Below the pieces are notes generated by a model. That model did not search any database. It was given only the letters and a program-made list of their open reading frames with translations, and had not been told where the DNA came from. Made by a program: the position numbers and the translations under genes. A stretch of 64,000 bases of DNA, from NCBI GenBank assembly GCA_963727445.1, contig CAVSGI010000006.1:256001-320000 (forward strand). Direction: 5' to 3'. Source of the DNA: an uncultured delta proteobacterium (GTDB taxonomy: Bacteria; Myxococcota_A; Polyangia; Polyangiales; B10-G4). Shown here one piece after another: positions 48,521 through 57,961 of this stretch (the first letter of the stretch is position 1; every line of letters begins with the position of its first letter).

Positions 48521-49738
48521 ATGGAGCCGACGAACGAAGTATTCGAAGAAGACGACGCCCTCGAGCTCCCGTCGGAGCCGATGCGTCTCAACATGGGGCC
48601 GTCGCATCCGGCGATGCATGGCACCATCCGCATGGTCCTCGACCTCGACGGCGAGACCGTGATGAACGTCGACGTCCAGCCGGGCTACCTGCATCGCGGC
48701 TTCGAGAAATCGTGCGAGCGCGGGACCTGGGCGCAGGTCTTCCCCTACGCCGACCGCCTCAACTACGTCTCGCCGATGCTCAACAACGTCGGCTTCGCGC
48801 TGGCCGTAGAGAAGCTCCTCGATGTCGAGGTGCCCGAGCGCTGCCAGTACTACCGGGTGATCCTCGGTGAGCTGGCGCGCATCGCCGACCACTTCACCTG
48901 CAACGGCGCCGGCGCGATGGAGCTCGGGGCATTCACTCCCTTCCTCTGGCTGCTCAAGGTGCGCGAGTGGGTGTGGGACGTGCTCGAGCAGGAGACGGGC
49001 GCGCGCATGACGCACTCCTTCGGGCGCATCGGCGGCATGGCCGCGCCGCCCACGGAGACCTTCGAGGGCGACTGCCTCGACCTCCTCGAGCAGGTCGAGA
49101 AGGTCACCGCCGAGGCCGAGAGCCTGCTCCTCCGCAACCGCATCTTCATCGACCGCATGACGGACGTCGGCATCCTGAAGAAGGAGGAGGCGCTGTCACT
49201 GGGTGTCACCGGGCCGATGTTGCGCTCCACCGGCGTCGAGTACGACGTGCGCAAGGCGCACCCCTACATGGTCTACGACCGCTTCGACTTCGAGATCCCC
49301 ATCGGTCACAAGGGCGACAACTACGACCGCTTCCTCGTCCGATTCGAGGAGGTGCGACAGTCGGTGTCGATCATTCGCCAGGCCCTCGAGCAGATGCCGA
49401 AGGACGGCCCGGTGACCGTCGACGACCTTCGCGTCGCGCTCCCCGACAAGCGCGAGGTGTACACCACCATCGAGGCGACCATCGCCCACTTCAAGTTGGT
49501 GATGGAGGGCCTCAAGACGCCCGAGGGCGAGGTCTACTCCTACACCGAGGGCGCCAACGGCGAGCTCGGCTTCTTCATCGTCTCCGACGGATCGGGCACG
49601 CCCTATCGCGTGCGCGTCCGGCCGCCCTGCTGGTTCAACCTGCAGGCGGCGCGGGAGATGATCATGGGCGACATGATCGCCGACATCATTCCCACCTTCG
49701 GCTCGGTCAACATGATCGGCGGGGAGTGCGATCGCTGA
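48521..49738 (+). CDS. nuoD: NADH-quinone oxidoreductase subunit D
   Basis: NMGPSHPAMHG, GYLHRGFEK, DRLNY and C-terminal GECDR. Confidence 0.97.
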   Translation: MEPTNEVFEEDDALELPSEPMRLNMGPSHPAMHGTIRMVLDLDGETVMNVDVQPGYLHRGFEKSCERGTWAQVFPYADRLNYVSPMLNNVGFALAVEKLLDVEVPERCQYYRVILGELARIADHFTCNGAGAMELGAFTPFLWLLKVREWVWDVLEQETGARMTHSFGRIGGMAAPPTETFEGDCLDLLEQVEKVTAEAESLLLRNRIFIDRMTDVGILKKEEALSLGVTGPMLRSTGVEYDVRKAHPYMVYDRFDFEIPIGHKGDNYDRFLVRFEEVRQSVSIIRQALEQMPKDGPVTVDDLRVALPDKREVYTTIEATIAHFKLVMEGLKTPEGEVYSYTEGANGELGFFIVSDGSGTPYRVRVRPPCWFNLQAAREMIMGDMIADIIPTFGSVNMIGGECDR

Positions 49739-51324
49739 TGGGCACACTCAAGATCGACGGCCAGGAAGTTCCCTTCGAACCCGGTGACACGATCATCCGC
49801 GCCGCCTGGCGCGCCGGGATCGAGATCCCGCACTACTGCTGGCATCCGGGCCTCTCGGTGGCGGCCAACTGCCGGATGTGTCTGGTGGAGATCACCAGCG
49901 GCCGGCGGATGGACATGCCCATCCTCGAGTGGGACGAAAAGAAGGGCGAGTACGTCCACGCGACCAAGCCGAAGCTCCAGCCCGCCTGCCAGATGTCGGC
50001 CGCCGACGGCATGGAGGTCTCGACCAACAACGACGAGGTCAAGAAGGCGCACGCTTCGGTGCAGGAGTTCCTGCTCCTGAACCATCCGGTGGACTGCCCG
50101 ATCTGCGACCAGGCCGGCGAGTGCAAGCTGCAGGACTACTGGCTCGACCATCAGACCACGCTCAAGCGCAAGCGCACCGAGCCGGTGCACAAGGTCAAGG
50201 GCGTGCGCTTCGGCCCGACCATCGTCTACGACGGGGAGCGCTGCATCATGTGCACGCGCTGCATCCGCGTCTGCGACGAGCTCGTCGGTGACTCGGTCCT
50301 CGACATGCGCCAGCGCGGCAACAAGAACGAGATCTTCGTCGCGCCGGGGCGCGAGTTGGACCATCGCTATACGCTGATGACCGAGCACGTGTGTCCGGTC
50401 GGCGCGCTGACCAGTCGCGACTTCCGCTTCAAGGCGCGGGTCTGGTTTCTCAAGACCGCGCCCGGCATCTGCACCGGTTGCGCCAAGGGCTGCAACAGCC
50501 ACGTCGACTTCGACCCGCGTTACGACCAGGTCTACCGCCTGCGCCCGCGGGACAACGAAGAGGTCAACAAGTTCTGGATGTGCGACGACGGCATGATGAC
50601 CTACAAGGAGGTCCACGAGGATCGGGTGATGGTGCCGAGCCTCGGCCGCGGCGATGGCGTCGAGGAGCTGACCTACGCCGAAGGCATCCAGACGGCGGCC
50701 GAGCGCCTCGCCCACGTGGACGGGTCGCGCGTCGCGGTGGTGCTCTCCGCGACCGAGAGCTCGGAGAACAACCTGGTGGCGGCGCGCTTCGCCAAGGACG
50801 TCCTCGGCTCGAGCCACCTCTACCTGGCGGCGCGGGCCGATTGGGAAGGGGACGACATCCTGAGGGTCGCCGACCACAACCCGAACCGGCGCGGCGCCGA
50901 GATGGCGGCGGGCGGTGACGTGGGCACGGTGGACGACCTTCTCTCCGACATCCTGAGCGGCGAGATCGCCGGGGCCATTCTGCTGGGGCGGGCCACCGAG
51001 AAGAGCGCGCACGACCTCGCGCCGCTGATTCGCCTCGACCTCTCGATCTCGCTCACGGCGAACACCGGCGCCTTCGACGAGGTCGCAGAGCTGGTCATCC
51101 CGGTCTCGTCCTGGGCCGAGCAGCACGGCACGTTCGTCAACGGCGACGGCAAGGCCCAGACCTTCAAGCGGGCCATCCCCTCGCCGGGTCGCATCGTCCC
51201 CGTGTGGCAGACGCTGGTGGCCATCGCCGACAAGATGGGCAAACCGCTGTCCTTCTCCGGCATCAACGAGGTACGCGCGGCATTGAGCAGTGGCCAAGGC
51301 GCGGAACAGGAGGCGCGCGCCTGA
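49738..51324 (+). CDS. nuoG: NADH-quinone oxidoreductase subunit G (short form)
   Basis: IPHYCWHP..NCRMCLVE, NHPVDCPICDQAGECKLQD, RCIMCTRC, CPVGAL and CTGC..GC. Confidence 0.92.
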   Translation: MGTLKIDGQEVPFEPGDTIIRAAWRAGIEIPHYCWHPGLSVAANCRMCLVEITSGRRMDMPILEWDEKKGEYVHATKPKLQPACQMSAADGMEVSTNNDEVKKAHASVQEFLLLNHPVDCPICDQAGECKLQDYWLDHQTTLKRKRTEPVHKVKGVRFGPTIVYDGERCIMCTRCIRVCDELVGDSVLDMRQRGNKNEIFVAPGRELDHRYTLMTEHVCPVGALTSRDFRFKARVWFLKTAPGICTGCAKGCNSHVDFDPRYDQVYRLRPRDNEEVNKFWMCDDGMMTYKEVHEDRVMVPSLGRGDGVEELTYAEGIQTAAERLAHVDGSRVAVVLSATESSENNLVAARFAKDVLGSSHLYLAARADWEGDDILRVADHNPNRRGAEMAAGGDVGTVDDLLSDILSGEIAGAILLGRATEKSAHDLAPLIRLDLSISLTANTGAFDEVAELVIPVSSWAEQHGTFVNGDGKAQTFKRAIPSPGRIVPVWQTLVAIADKMGKPLSFSGINEVRAALSSGQGAEQEARA

Positions 51325-52724
51325 TGGACTCCATGCTCATCCTGGTCGTATCCACGTTGCTCAAGATCGGCTTCGCGCTGATCATCATCCTGACCTTCGC
51401 GCCGGTCCTGATCTGGGCGGAGCGCCGGCAGAGCGCGATGATGCAGGACCGCATCGGTCCGACGCGCGCCGGGCTCCGGATCCCGGACCGCTTCGTGCCC
51501 TTCGGGCGCAACGCGCTGACCACGGGCTCTGCGGTGCACATGATGCTCGCCGGCGGTCTGGCGCTCTTGGCGGTCGTGCTCGCCGGGGAGGCCGGCTACA
51601 GCCTCTATCAGGGCGGCGACTTCGTGATCCCCGGCGGCCTCGGTGGGACGGAGACCGACCCCACCCTCAGCTGGAACGCGGTCCTGTGGCTCTCGGTGCT
51701 CCTGGCCCCGCTCAGCTACGGCCTCAGCCGGATCCTCGCCTACGCGGGGCGCACCTTCGACGGGAACATCACGCTCCTGGGGCTGCTCCACCCGCTGGCC
51801 GACGCGCTGAAGTTCGTCTGGAAGGAGGACTTCGTCCCTCCGAAGGCGGACAAGCTCCTCTTCTCCCTCGCGCCGATCCTGACGGTGGTGACCGCCATCG
51901 CGACCTTCGCGGTGATCCCCTTCGCAGACACGCTCTATCTCGACTGGGCGGGCGACGTCCTTCCGGCGAGCGGGGTGATCAGCGGGCCGCAGGTGCCGAT
52001 GCAGGTCGCCTCGGTGAACGTCGGGATCCTCTTCGTCTTCGCCATCGCCGGCACTGGCGTGGTGGGCGCCGCCATCGCCGGCTACGCGAGCGACAACAAG
52101 TACGCGTTGCTCGGCGGTCTCCGCGCGGCCGGCCAGATGGTGAGCTACGAGGTGACCCTCGGCCTGACCATCGTGCCGATGTTCATGGTCTACAACACGC
52201 TCCTTCTCGAGAACATGGTGCGCTGGCAGGCCGAGAACGTCTGGGGGATCTTCGTCAACCCGCTGGCGTTCATCCTCTTTCTGACCTGCTCCATCGCCGA
52301 GACGAAGCGCATCCCCTTCGACGTGCCCGAGGGTGAGTCGGAGCTCGCCGCCGGCTACTGCGTCGAGTACTCGGGCATGAAGTTCGGCATGTTCTTCATG
52401 GCGGAGTTCGTCGAGGTGATCGTGCTGTCGGCGATCGCGTCGGCGCTCTTCTTCGGCGGCTACGACGTGCCGTTCTTGACCCGGAGCGGCTTCGAGCTCT
52501 TCGGATACGTCGCGGAGATCCCGCACTGGGTGGTGATCGTCATCCAGATGCTCTCCTTCACCGTGAAGGTGGCGCTCTTCATCTGGTTCCAGCTGATGAT
52601 CCGCTGGACGCTGCCGCGTTTCCGCTACGACCAGATCATGAGCCTGTGCTGGAAGATCATCCTGCCCGCGTCGCTGGTCAGCATCATGGTGACGGGCATG
52701 GTTCTACTGATGGTGGGAGGCTGA
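51324..52724 (+). CDS. nuoH: NADH-quinone oxidoreductase subunit H (with an insertion)
   Basis: ERR...QDRIGP, PLADALK, NKYALLGGLR, PFDVPEGESEL and TLPRFRYDQ. Confidence 0.94.
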   Translation: MDSMLILVVSTLLKIGFALIIILTFAPVLIWAERRQSAMMQDRIGPTRAGLRIPDRFVPFGRNALTTGSAVHMMLAGGLALLAVVLAGEAGYSLYQGGDFVIPGGLGGTETDPTLSWNAVLWLSVLLAPLSYGLSRILAYAGRTFDGNITLLGLLHPLADALKFVWKEDFVPPKADKLLFSLAPILTVVTAIATFAVIPFADTLYLDWAGDVLPASGVISGPQVPMQVASVNVGILFVFAIAGTGVVGAAIAGYASDNKYALLGGLRAAGQMVSYEVTLGLTIVPMFMVYNTLLLENMVRWQAENVWGIFVNPLAFILFLTCSIAETKRIPFDVPEGESELAAGYCVEYSGMKFGMFFMAEFVEVIVLSAIASALFFGGYDVPFLTRSGFELFGYVAEIPHWVVIVIQMLSFTVKVALFIWFQLMIRWTLPRFRYDQIMSLCWKIILPASLVSIMVTGMVLLMVGG

Positions 52725-52725
52725 G

Positions 52726-53304
52726 ATGGCCAAGCTGGTTGCGCGTCCGAACAAGACGATTTCCGAGCAGGCCTACGTCCCCGAGGTGGCCAAGGGCCTC
52801 GGCGTGACGATTCGTCGCTTCTTCAAGAACACGTTCACCGAAGACAGCGAGATCGACACCATCAAGTACCCGGAGGAGCAGCGCGTCTACCCCGAGCGCT
52901 TCCGGGGGATCCATCGCCTCACCCATCGCATCGACGGATCGCCGCGCTGCGTCGCGTGTCTGTGCTGTTCGACGGCGTGCCCGGCGCAGTGCATCTACAT
53001 CGAGCCGGCGGAGTATCAGCCCGAGGACCCGCGCTACGGCTACGAGCGCTACCCGGAGGCCTTCGTCATCGACGAGCTCCGCTGCATCTTCTGCGGCTAC
53101 TGCGTCGAGGCGTGCCCCTGCGACGCCATTCGCATGGACACCGGCATGCACATGCCCCCGTCGACCAGGCGCGAGCACTTCATCTACGACAAGGACACGC
53201 TGATGAGCCTGCCTGGTCGCGATGGAAGCTACGAGACCGCGAACCCGCGCCACGAGCCGGGTGACCCGACCCATCCCGGCGTCGACCGGTTGAAGGGACA
53301 CTGA
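52726..53304 (+). CDS. nuoI: NADH-quinone oxidoreductase subunit I
   Basis: YPEE, RFRGIH, CVACLCCSTACP and CIFCGYCVEACP. Confidence 0.95.
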   Translation: MAKLVARPNKTISEQAYVPEVAKGLGVTIRRFFKNTFTEDSEIDTIKYPEEQRVYPERFRGIHRLTHRIDGSPRCVACLCCSTACPAQCIYIEPAEYQPEDPRYGYERYPEAFVIDELRCIFCGYCVEACPCDAIRMDTGMHMPPSTRREHFIYDKDTLMSLPGRDGSYETANPRHEPGDPTHPGVDRLKGH

Positions 53305-53411
53305 GCGCGCGCGGCAAGGGCCGCCGCCGTGCAGAACGATCTGCGCTCCCCCTGTCACCCGGGCGCGACAGTTTTACCGACGCTTGCCCGTAATCACACG
53401 GGTTTTGCTCG

Positions 53412-53426
53412 TGGAATGGAGGTTGC
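53412..53426 (+). promoter_or_regulatory. Candidate sigma54 -24/-12 promoter
   Basis: TGGAATGGAGGTTGC (GG-N10-GC), about 30 bp upstream of the kinase ATG, with a GGAGG RBS between them. Confidence 0.3.
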
Positions 53427-53454
53427 GAAGGGGGAAGGTGGAGGTTGTTTCGAG

Positions 53455-54858
53455 ATGTTCCCGTCACCCCGCGTCCCCACCACGATCGGCGCGTACCGGA
53501 TCATCGAGGAGCTGGGCGCAGGAGGGATGGCAGAGCTCTACGTGGCGGAGCCGCTGGGCGGCGGGCGGCGCGTGGCGCTCAAGACCATCCGCCGCCACCT
53601 CCGCGACACCCCACGCTATGTCGAGATGTTCCTGGATGAGGCGCGGGTCCTGGGCTGCATCGACCATCCGAACGTGGTCTCGGTCGACGCCCTCGAGCGG
53701 GACGGCGACGACTACTTCATGGTGATGGAGTACGTGGACGGCGTAAGCCTCGGAACGCTGATGGACCGCGCGTCTCGTTCGGGCATCCCGGTCGACGTGG
53801 AGATCGCGGTGCGCATCGCGGCGAAAGCCCTCGACGGTCTCGAGGCTGCGCACGCCGCGATCGGGCTCGAAGGCCGGCCCCTCGACATCGTCCATCGCGA
53901 CATCAGCCCGCAGAACATCCTCGTGGGCCGCGACGGTCGGGTGAAGGTGATCGACTTCGGGATCGCCAAGGCGCGGGGGCGGCTGCACGAGACCAAGAAC
54001 GGGAAGATCAAAGGCAAGCTCCGTTACATGTCGCCGGAGCACTGCGGCGGCGCGCCCGTCGATCACCGTTCGGACATCTACGCGCTCGCGGTCGTCCTCT
54101 GGGAGATGCTCACCCTCCGTCCCTACTTCGACGGCGACAACGAGCTCGCGATCATCCGGCAGGTGCGCCGCCCGACCTTTCGCTCCATCTCCGCGTGGAA
54201 TCCGCGCGTGCCGCGGGAGCTCGAAGCGGTGATCCGCAGGGCCATGCATCCCGAGCCCGAGAGCCGCTTCCAGTCCGCGCGCGAGCTCGCGAGCGCGCTC
54301 CTCGATGCCTGCCCCCCCGCCCGGTCCGTCGGGCCCGCCCACGTGGCCGCGTTCATCTCGCGCCTCCTGGGTGCACAGATGCAGCCCGACGTCTTCGCTG
54401 ATGCCACCGGCCACGATGCCCGCTTCCGCGCCGCGGTCGGCTACACCTTCCACGTGGTGGTCCCCGCTGGTGGTCACGAAGAGGCATCCCCCGAGACGAA
54501 GATCCTCGACGGCACCGAGCGCCGCGCCGCAGCACCGCGCGCGAGCTACGGCTTCATGCGCCAAAGGCCGCGGGCGATGAATGGTCTGGCGCGGCTCTTC
54601 GCGGCAGCGATGATCGTGTTCTTCCTGAGCGGCGTGATGGGGGTCGCGATGGGGCACGCGCTCGCGGCCCGCCCCCTCGCGGCACCGAGCGCCAAGCTCT
54701 CGCTCTCCACGTGGCACCGAGGCTCCTCGATCGTGGCCAGGGAAAAGGCCACTGATCTGGATGGCCAAGGTGGGGCCGCACCCGAGAACGTGAGCCGCTA
54801 CGTGGGCGACTCGGGAGCGGGTAGCACGCCGCGCGAGGCCTGCGTGCCCACCACGTGA
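53455..54858 (+). CDS. Membrane-anchored Ser/Thr protein kinase
   Basis: LGAGGMA, VALK, HRDISPQN, DFGIAK and KGKLRYMSPE. C-terminal TM helix. Confidence 0.93.
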   Translation: MFPSPRVPTTIGAYRIIEELGAGGMAELYVAEPLGGGRRVALKTIRRHLRDTPRYVEMFLDEARVLGCIDHPNVVSVDALERDGDDYFMVMEYVDGVSLGTLMDRASRSGIPVDVEIAVRIAAKALDGLEAAHAAIGLEGRPLDIVHRDISPQNILVGRDGRVKVIDFGIAKARGRLHETKNGKIKGKLRYMSPEHCGGAPVDHRSDIYALAVVLWEMLTLRPYFDGDNELAIIRQVRRPTFRSISAWNPRVPRELEAVIRRAMHPEPESRFQSARELASALLDACPPARSVGPAHVAAFISRLLGAQMQPDVFADATGHDARFRAAVGYTFHVVVPAGGHEEASPETKILDGTERRAAAPRASYGFMRQRPRAMNGLARLFAAAMIVFFLSGVMGVAMGHALAARPLAAPSAKLSLSTWHRGSSIVAREKATDLDGQGGAAPENVSRYVGDSGAGSTPREACVPTT

Positions 54859-54903
54859 AAAGGGCTTGCGCAGCACCGGAGAAGCGCGAATCTAGCGCTC
54901 CTC

Positions 54904-55896
54904 ATGACTGACGCGTCATCGACATCTCCGCTCCTCGCCATGCGGCGCAGGGCCGTGACCCGGACCATCGAAGCGGTCCTGCGCACCGTCAGCGGATCGA
55001 TGAAGCTCCATCCCGCGGCCAACCCCGAGCGGCACGGGATCGAGGTGATCGAGAACCTGAGCTACGGCCCTCATGGAGAGGCGAACGCCCTCGACATCTA
55101 CCGCCCTCACTTCGGTGAGCGTCCGCTCCCGGTGGTGCTCTATCTCCACGGCGGCGGCTTCAGCATCCTGAGCAAGGACACCCACTGGATGATGGGCCTC
55201 GGCTTTGCGCGGGGCGGCTACCTGGTGATCAATGCGAACTACCGCCTCGCTCCCGCGCACACCTATCCCGCGGCGGTCGAAGACGCGGCCCGCGCGCTCG
55301 AGTGGGTGTGGGACCACGCGTCCGAGTACGGCGGAGACCCGGAGCGGGTGATCGTCGCCGGTGAGAGCGCGGGCGGGAACCTCGCGACGGCGCTCACCAT
55401 CGCGTGCACCTTCGAGCGTCCCGAGCCGTTTGCCCAACGGCTCTTCGCGCGAGGGAGGGTCCCCGTGGCGGCGGTGCCCCTCTGCTCCATGCTCGAGGTC
55501 TCGCACGCCGAGAGATATCTGCGAGACGAGAGCCTTCCCGTCTACGTGCGCGATCGGCTCCATCAAATCTGCAACAACTACCTCGGCCCCTACACGAACC
55601 GGAGCCTCGACGAGCGCGGCCTCGCCGATCCCCTTCGGATCCTGGAGAGCGACGCGCAGCCCGTGCGCCCGCTGCCACCGTTCTACGCATCTTGTGGCGA
55701 CGAGGACCCGATCCTCGACGACACCAAGCGCCTCGACGCGGCGCTCGACGCGCGCAAGATCAAGCACCGCGTCGCGTACTACTGGGGCCAGGGGCACGCG
55801 TTTCAGGCTTTCGTGTTCAAGCCCAGCGCACGGCACGCGATGAGCTCCTGCCTCTCCTTCTTGGCCGACGTGGTGCCGCCCGCCGCGTCCGCGTAG
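54904..55896 (+). CDS. Alpha/beta hydrolase, HSL-like esterase/lipase
   Basis: HGGGF, NYRLAP, GESAGG and GHAF. Confidence 0.92.
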   Translation: MTDASSTSPLLAMRRRAVTRTIEAVLRTVSGSMKLHPAANPERHGIEVIENLSYGPHGEANALDIYRPHFGERPLPVVLYLHGGGFSILSKDTHWMMGLGFARGGYLVINANYRLAPAHTYPAAVEDAARALEWVWDHASEYGGDPERVIVAGESAGGNLATALTIACTFERPEPFAQRLFARGRVPVAAVPLCSMLEVSHAERYLRDESLPVYVRDRLHQICNNYLGPYTNRSLDERGLADPLRILESDAQPVRPLPPFYASCGDEDPILDDTKRLDAALDARKIKHRVAYYWGQGHAFQAFVFKPSARHAMSSCLSFLADVVPPAASA

Positions 55897-55962
55897 ACGG
55901 CGTTCCACGTCGCATCAGACCGCCAACCCGCGCCCTACAGTCCCTGCTACATTCTCGACGCC

Positions 55963-57444
55963 ATGCCCGAGCTCGTCGCCGCCGTGGATCTCGGATCCAA
56001 CTCGTTCCACATGTTGGTGGCGCGGGTCGTGGACGGCGAGGTCCAGGTCGTCGACCGCCTCAAAGAACGCGTGGCGCTCGCGGAGGGCCTGGGCGAGGAC
56101 AAGACGCTCAGCGAAGAAGCTCAACAGCGCGCCCTCGATTGCCTCGAGCGTTTCGGGCAGCGGCTCGAGCACATGACCTCCGACAGCGTCCGCGCGGTGG
56201 GCACCAACACCCTGCGCGCGGCGAAGAACGCACGACGCTTCGTGGAGCAGGCCGAGGCGGCGCTGGGGCATCGGATCGAGGTCATCAGCGGCCGCGAAGA
56301 GGCGCGGCTCGTCTACCTCGGCGTCGCCAACACCCTGAGCCGCCCCGAGGGCCGGCGCCTGGTCGTGGACATCGGCGGCGGCAGCACCGAGTGCATCATC
56401 GGCGAAACCTTCGAGCCCCGCCTCGCCGACAGCCTCTACATGGGCCACATCACGTGGACCAAGCGCTACTTCGAGGACGGCCGGATCACGGCCGCGGCGA
56501 TGGCCGACGCGCGCACCGCCGCTGCGCTCGAGGCGGAGTCGATCCAACAGGAGTACCGGAAGATGGGATGGGAGGAGGCGGTCGGCGCCTCGGGCACCAT
56601 CCTCGCCATCGACGCCGTCGTTCGCACCAACGGGTGGGGCGACACCATCACCCCCAAGGCGCTCAAGCGGATGCGCAAGGCGCTGATCGCCGCGGGGCAC
56701 GCCAACAAGCTCGACCTCGAGGGCTTGCAGGAAGCGCGCAAGCCGGTGATCGCCGGGGGCCTGGCGATCCTGAGCGCCGTCTTCGACATCCTGGGTATCG
56801 AGTCCATGACGCCGAGCGAAGGGGCCGTCCGCGAGGGTGTCGTCTACGACATGGTCGGCCGGATGAGCCACCGCGACGTCCGCGAGGGCACGGTGCGGCA
56901 GCTCGAGGAGCGCTACAACGTCGATCGCGATCAGGCGGCCCGCATCGAGCGGACGGCGATGAGCCTCCTCGATGACGCGGCCGACGATCTCGAGCTCGAT
57001 GTCGACTGGGCGCGCGACTATCTGCGCTGGGCGTCACGCCTGCACGAGATCGGCGTGTCCCTGAGCTACTCCGGCTATCACAAGCACGGCGGTTACATCT
57101 TAGAGCACACCGACATGCCCGGCTTCAGCCGCGACGCGCAACAGGTGCTGGCGCGCATGGTCACGAGTCACAGGCGCAAGCTGCGCGTCAGCCGCTTCGA
57201 AGACCTCCCCACCGAGGTCGCGGTGCCCGCCGTTCGGCTGACGATCCTGCTTCGGCTCGCGGTGCGCATGAACCGCGGGCGCAGCGACGCCGCCGTTCCC
57301 AAGGTCCACCTCGCGGTCGAGGGCGAGCATTTCTCACTCCGCTTCCCCGCCGGGTGGCTCGACGACAACCCCCTGACCCGTGCCGACCTCGAACGCGAGC
57401 AGGCGCGCCTCGAGGCGGCGGGGTACTCGCTCAGCTTCGCCTGA
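55963..57444 (+). CDS. ppx: Exopolyphosphatase (Ppx/GppA)
   Basis: DLGSNSFH, ISGREEARL, DIGGGSTE, VREG and the HD-like LHEIG...YHKH. Confidence 0.95.
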   Translation: MPELVAAVDLGSNSFHMLVARVVDGEVQVVDRLKERVALAEGLGEDKTLSEEAQQRALDCLERFGQRLEHMTSDSVRAVGTNTLRAAKNARRFVEQAEAALGHRIEVISGREEARLVYLGVANTLSRPEGRRLVVDIGGGSTECIIGETFEPRLADSLYMGHITWTKRYFEDGRITAAAMADARTAAALEAESIQQEYRKMGWEEAVGASGTILAIDAVVRTNGWGDTITPKALKRMRKALIAAGHANKLDLEGLQEARKPVIAGGLAILSAVFDILGIESMTPSEGAVREGVVYDMVGRMSHRDVREGTVRQLEERYNVDRDQAARIERTAMSLLDDAADDLELDVDWARDYLRWASRLHEIGVSLSYSGYHKHGGYILEHTDMPGFSRDAQQVLARMVTSHRRKLRVSRFEDLPTEVAVPAVRLTILLRLAVRMNRGRSDAAVPKVHLAVEGEHFSLRFPAGWLDDNPLTRADLEREQARLEAAGYSLSFA

Positions 57445-57452
57445 GCCCGGCT

Positions 57453-57884
57453 TCAGTCCTCTGTGCGCACGCGGCCGCGGGATTGCTTGAGCTTGGAGCG
57501 GCGCCGCTTCGCGTCCATGCGGCGCCGCTTCGACGCGCGCGTCGGCTTGGTCTTCTTGCGCCGCTTGGGCGGGTCGAGGGAGGCGAGGACCAGCGCCTTC
57601 AAACGCTCCCGCGCGTCTTCGAGATTCATCTTCTGATCGCGGGTGGCCTGGCTGACGATGATCACCCGACCCTCGGAGTCGAGGCGGACACCGGGTTGGG
57701 CGCGCACCCGGCTCTTCTGCGCGGCGGTCAGGGCCCTCGTTCCGTCGAGGTCGAAGCGCAGGTCGACCTTGGACGAGACCTTGTTCACGTTCTGGCCGCC
57801 CGGACCGGAGGCGCGCGCAGCGGACCAGCTCAAGGACTCCGCCTCGAGCCGCACCTTGCCACGGATATGCAGGTCGTCTGCCAC
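57453..57884 (-). CDS. arfB: Alternative ribosome rescue factor B (peptidyl-tRNA hydrolase)
   Basis: RASGPGGQNVNKVSSKV and a basic C-terminal tail KTKPTRASKRRR. Confidence 0.94.
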   Translation of the reverse strand: MADDLHIRGKVRLEAESLSWSAARASGPGGQNVNKVSSKVDLRFDLDGTRALTAAQKSRVRAQPGVRLDSEGRVIIVSQATRDQKMNLEDARERLKALVLASLDPPKRRKKTKPTRASKRRRMDAKRRRSKLKQSRGRVRTED

Positions 57885-57961
57885 GGCGCCACCATAACGC
57901 GACAATCGAGCTCCGCATCCTCCATCGCGGCGAAGCGGCGTCTCGTCTATGCTTCGCGCCG

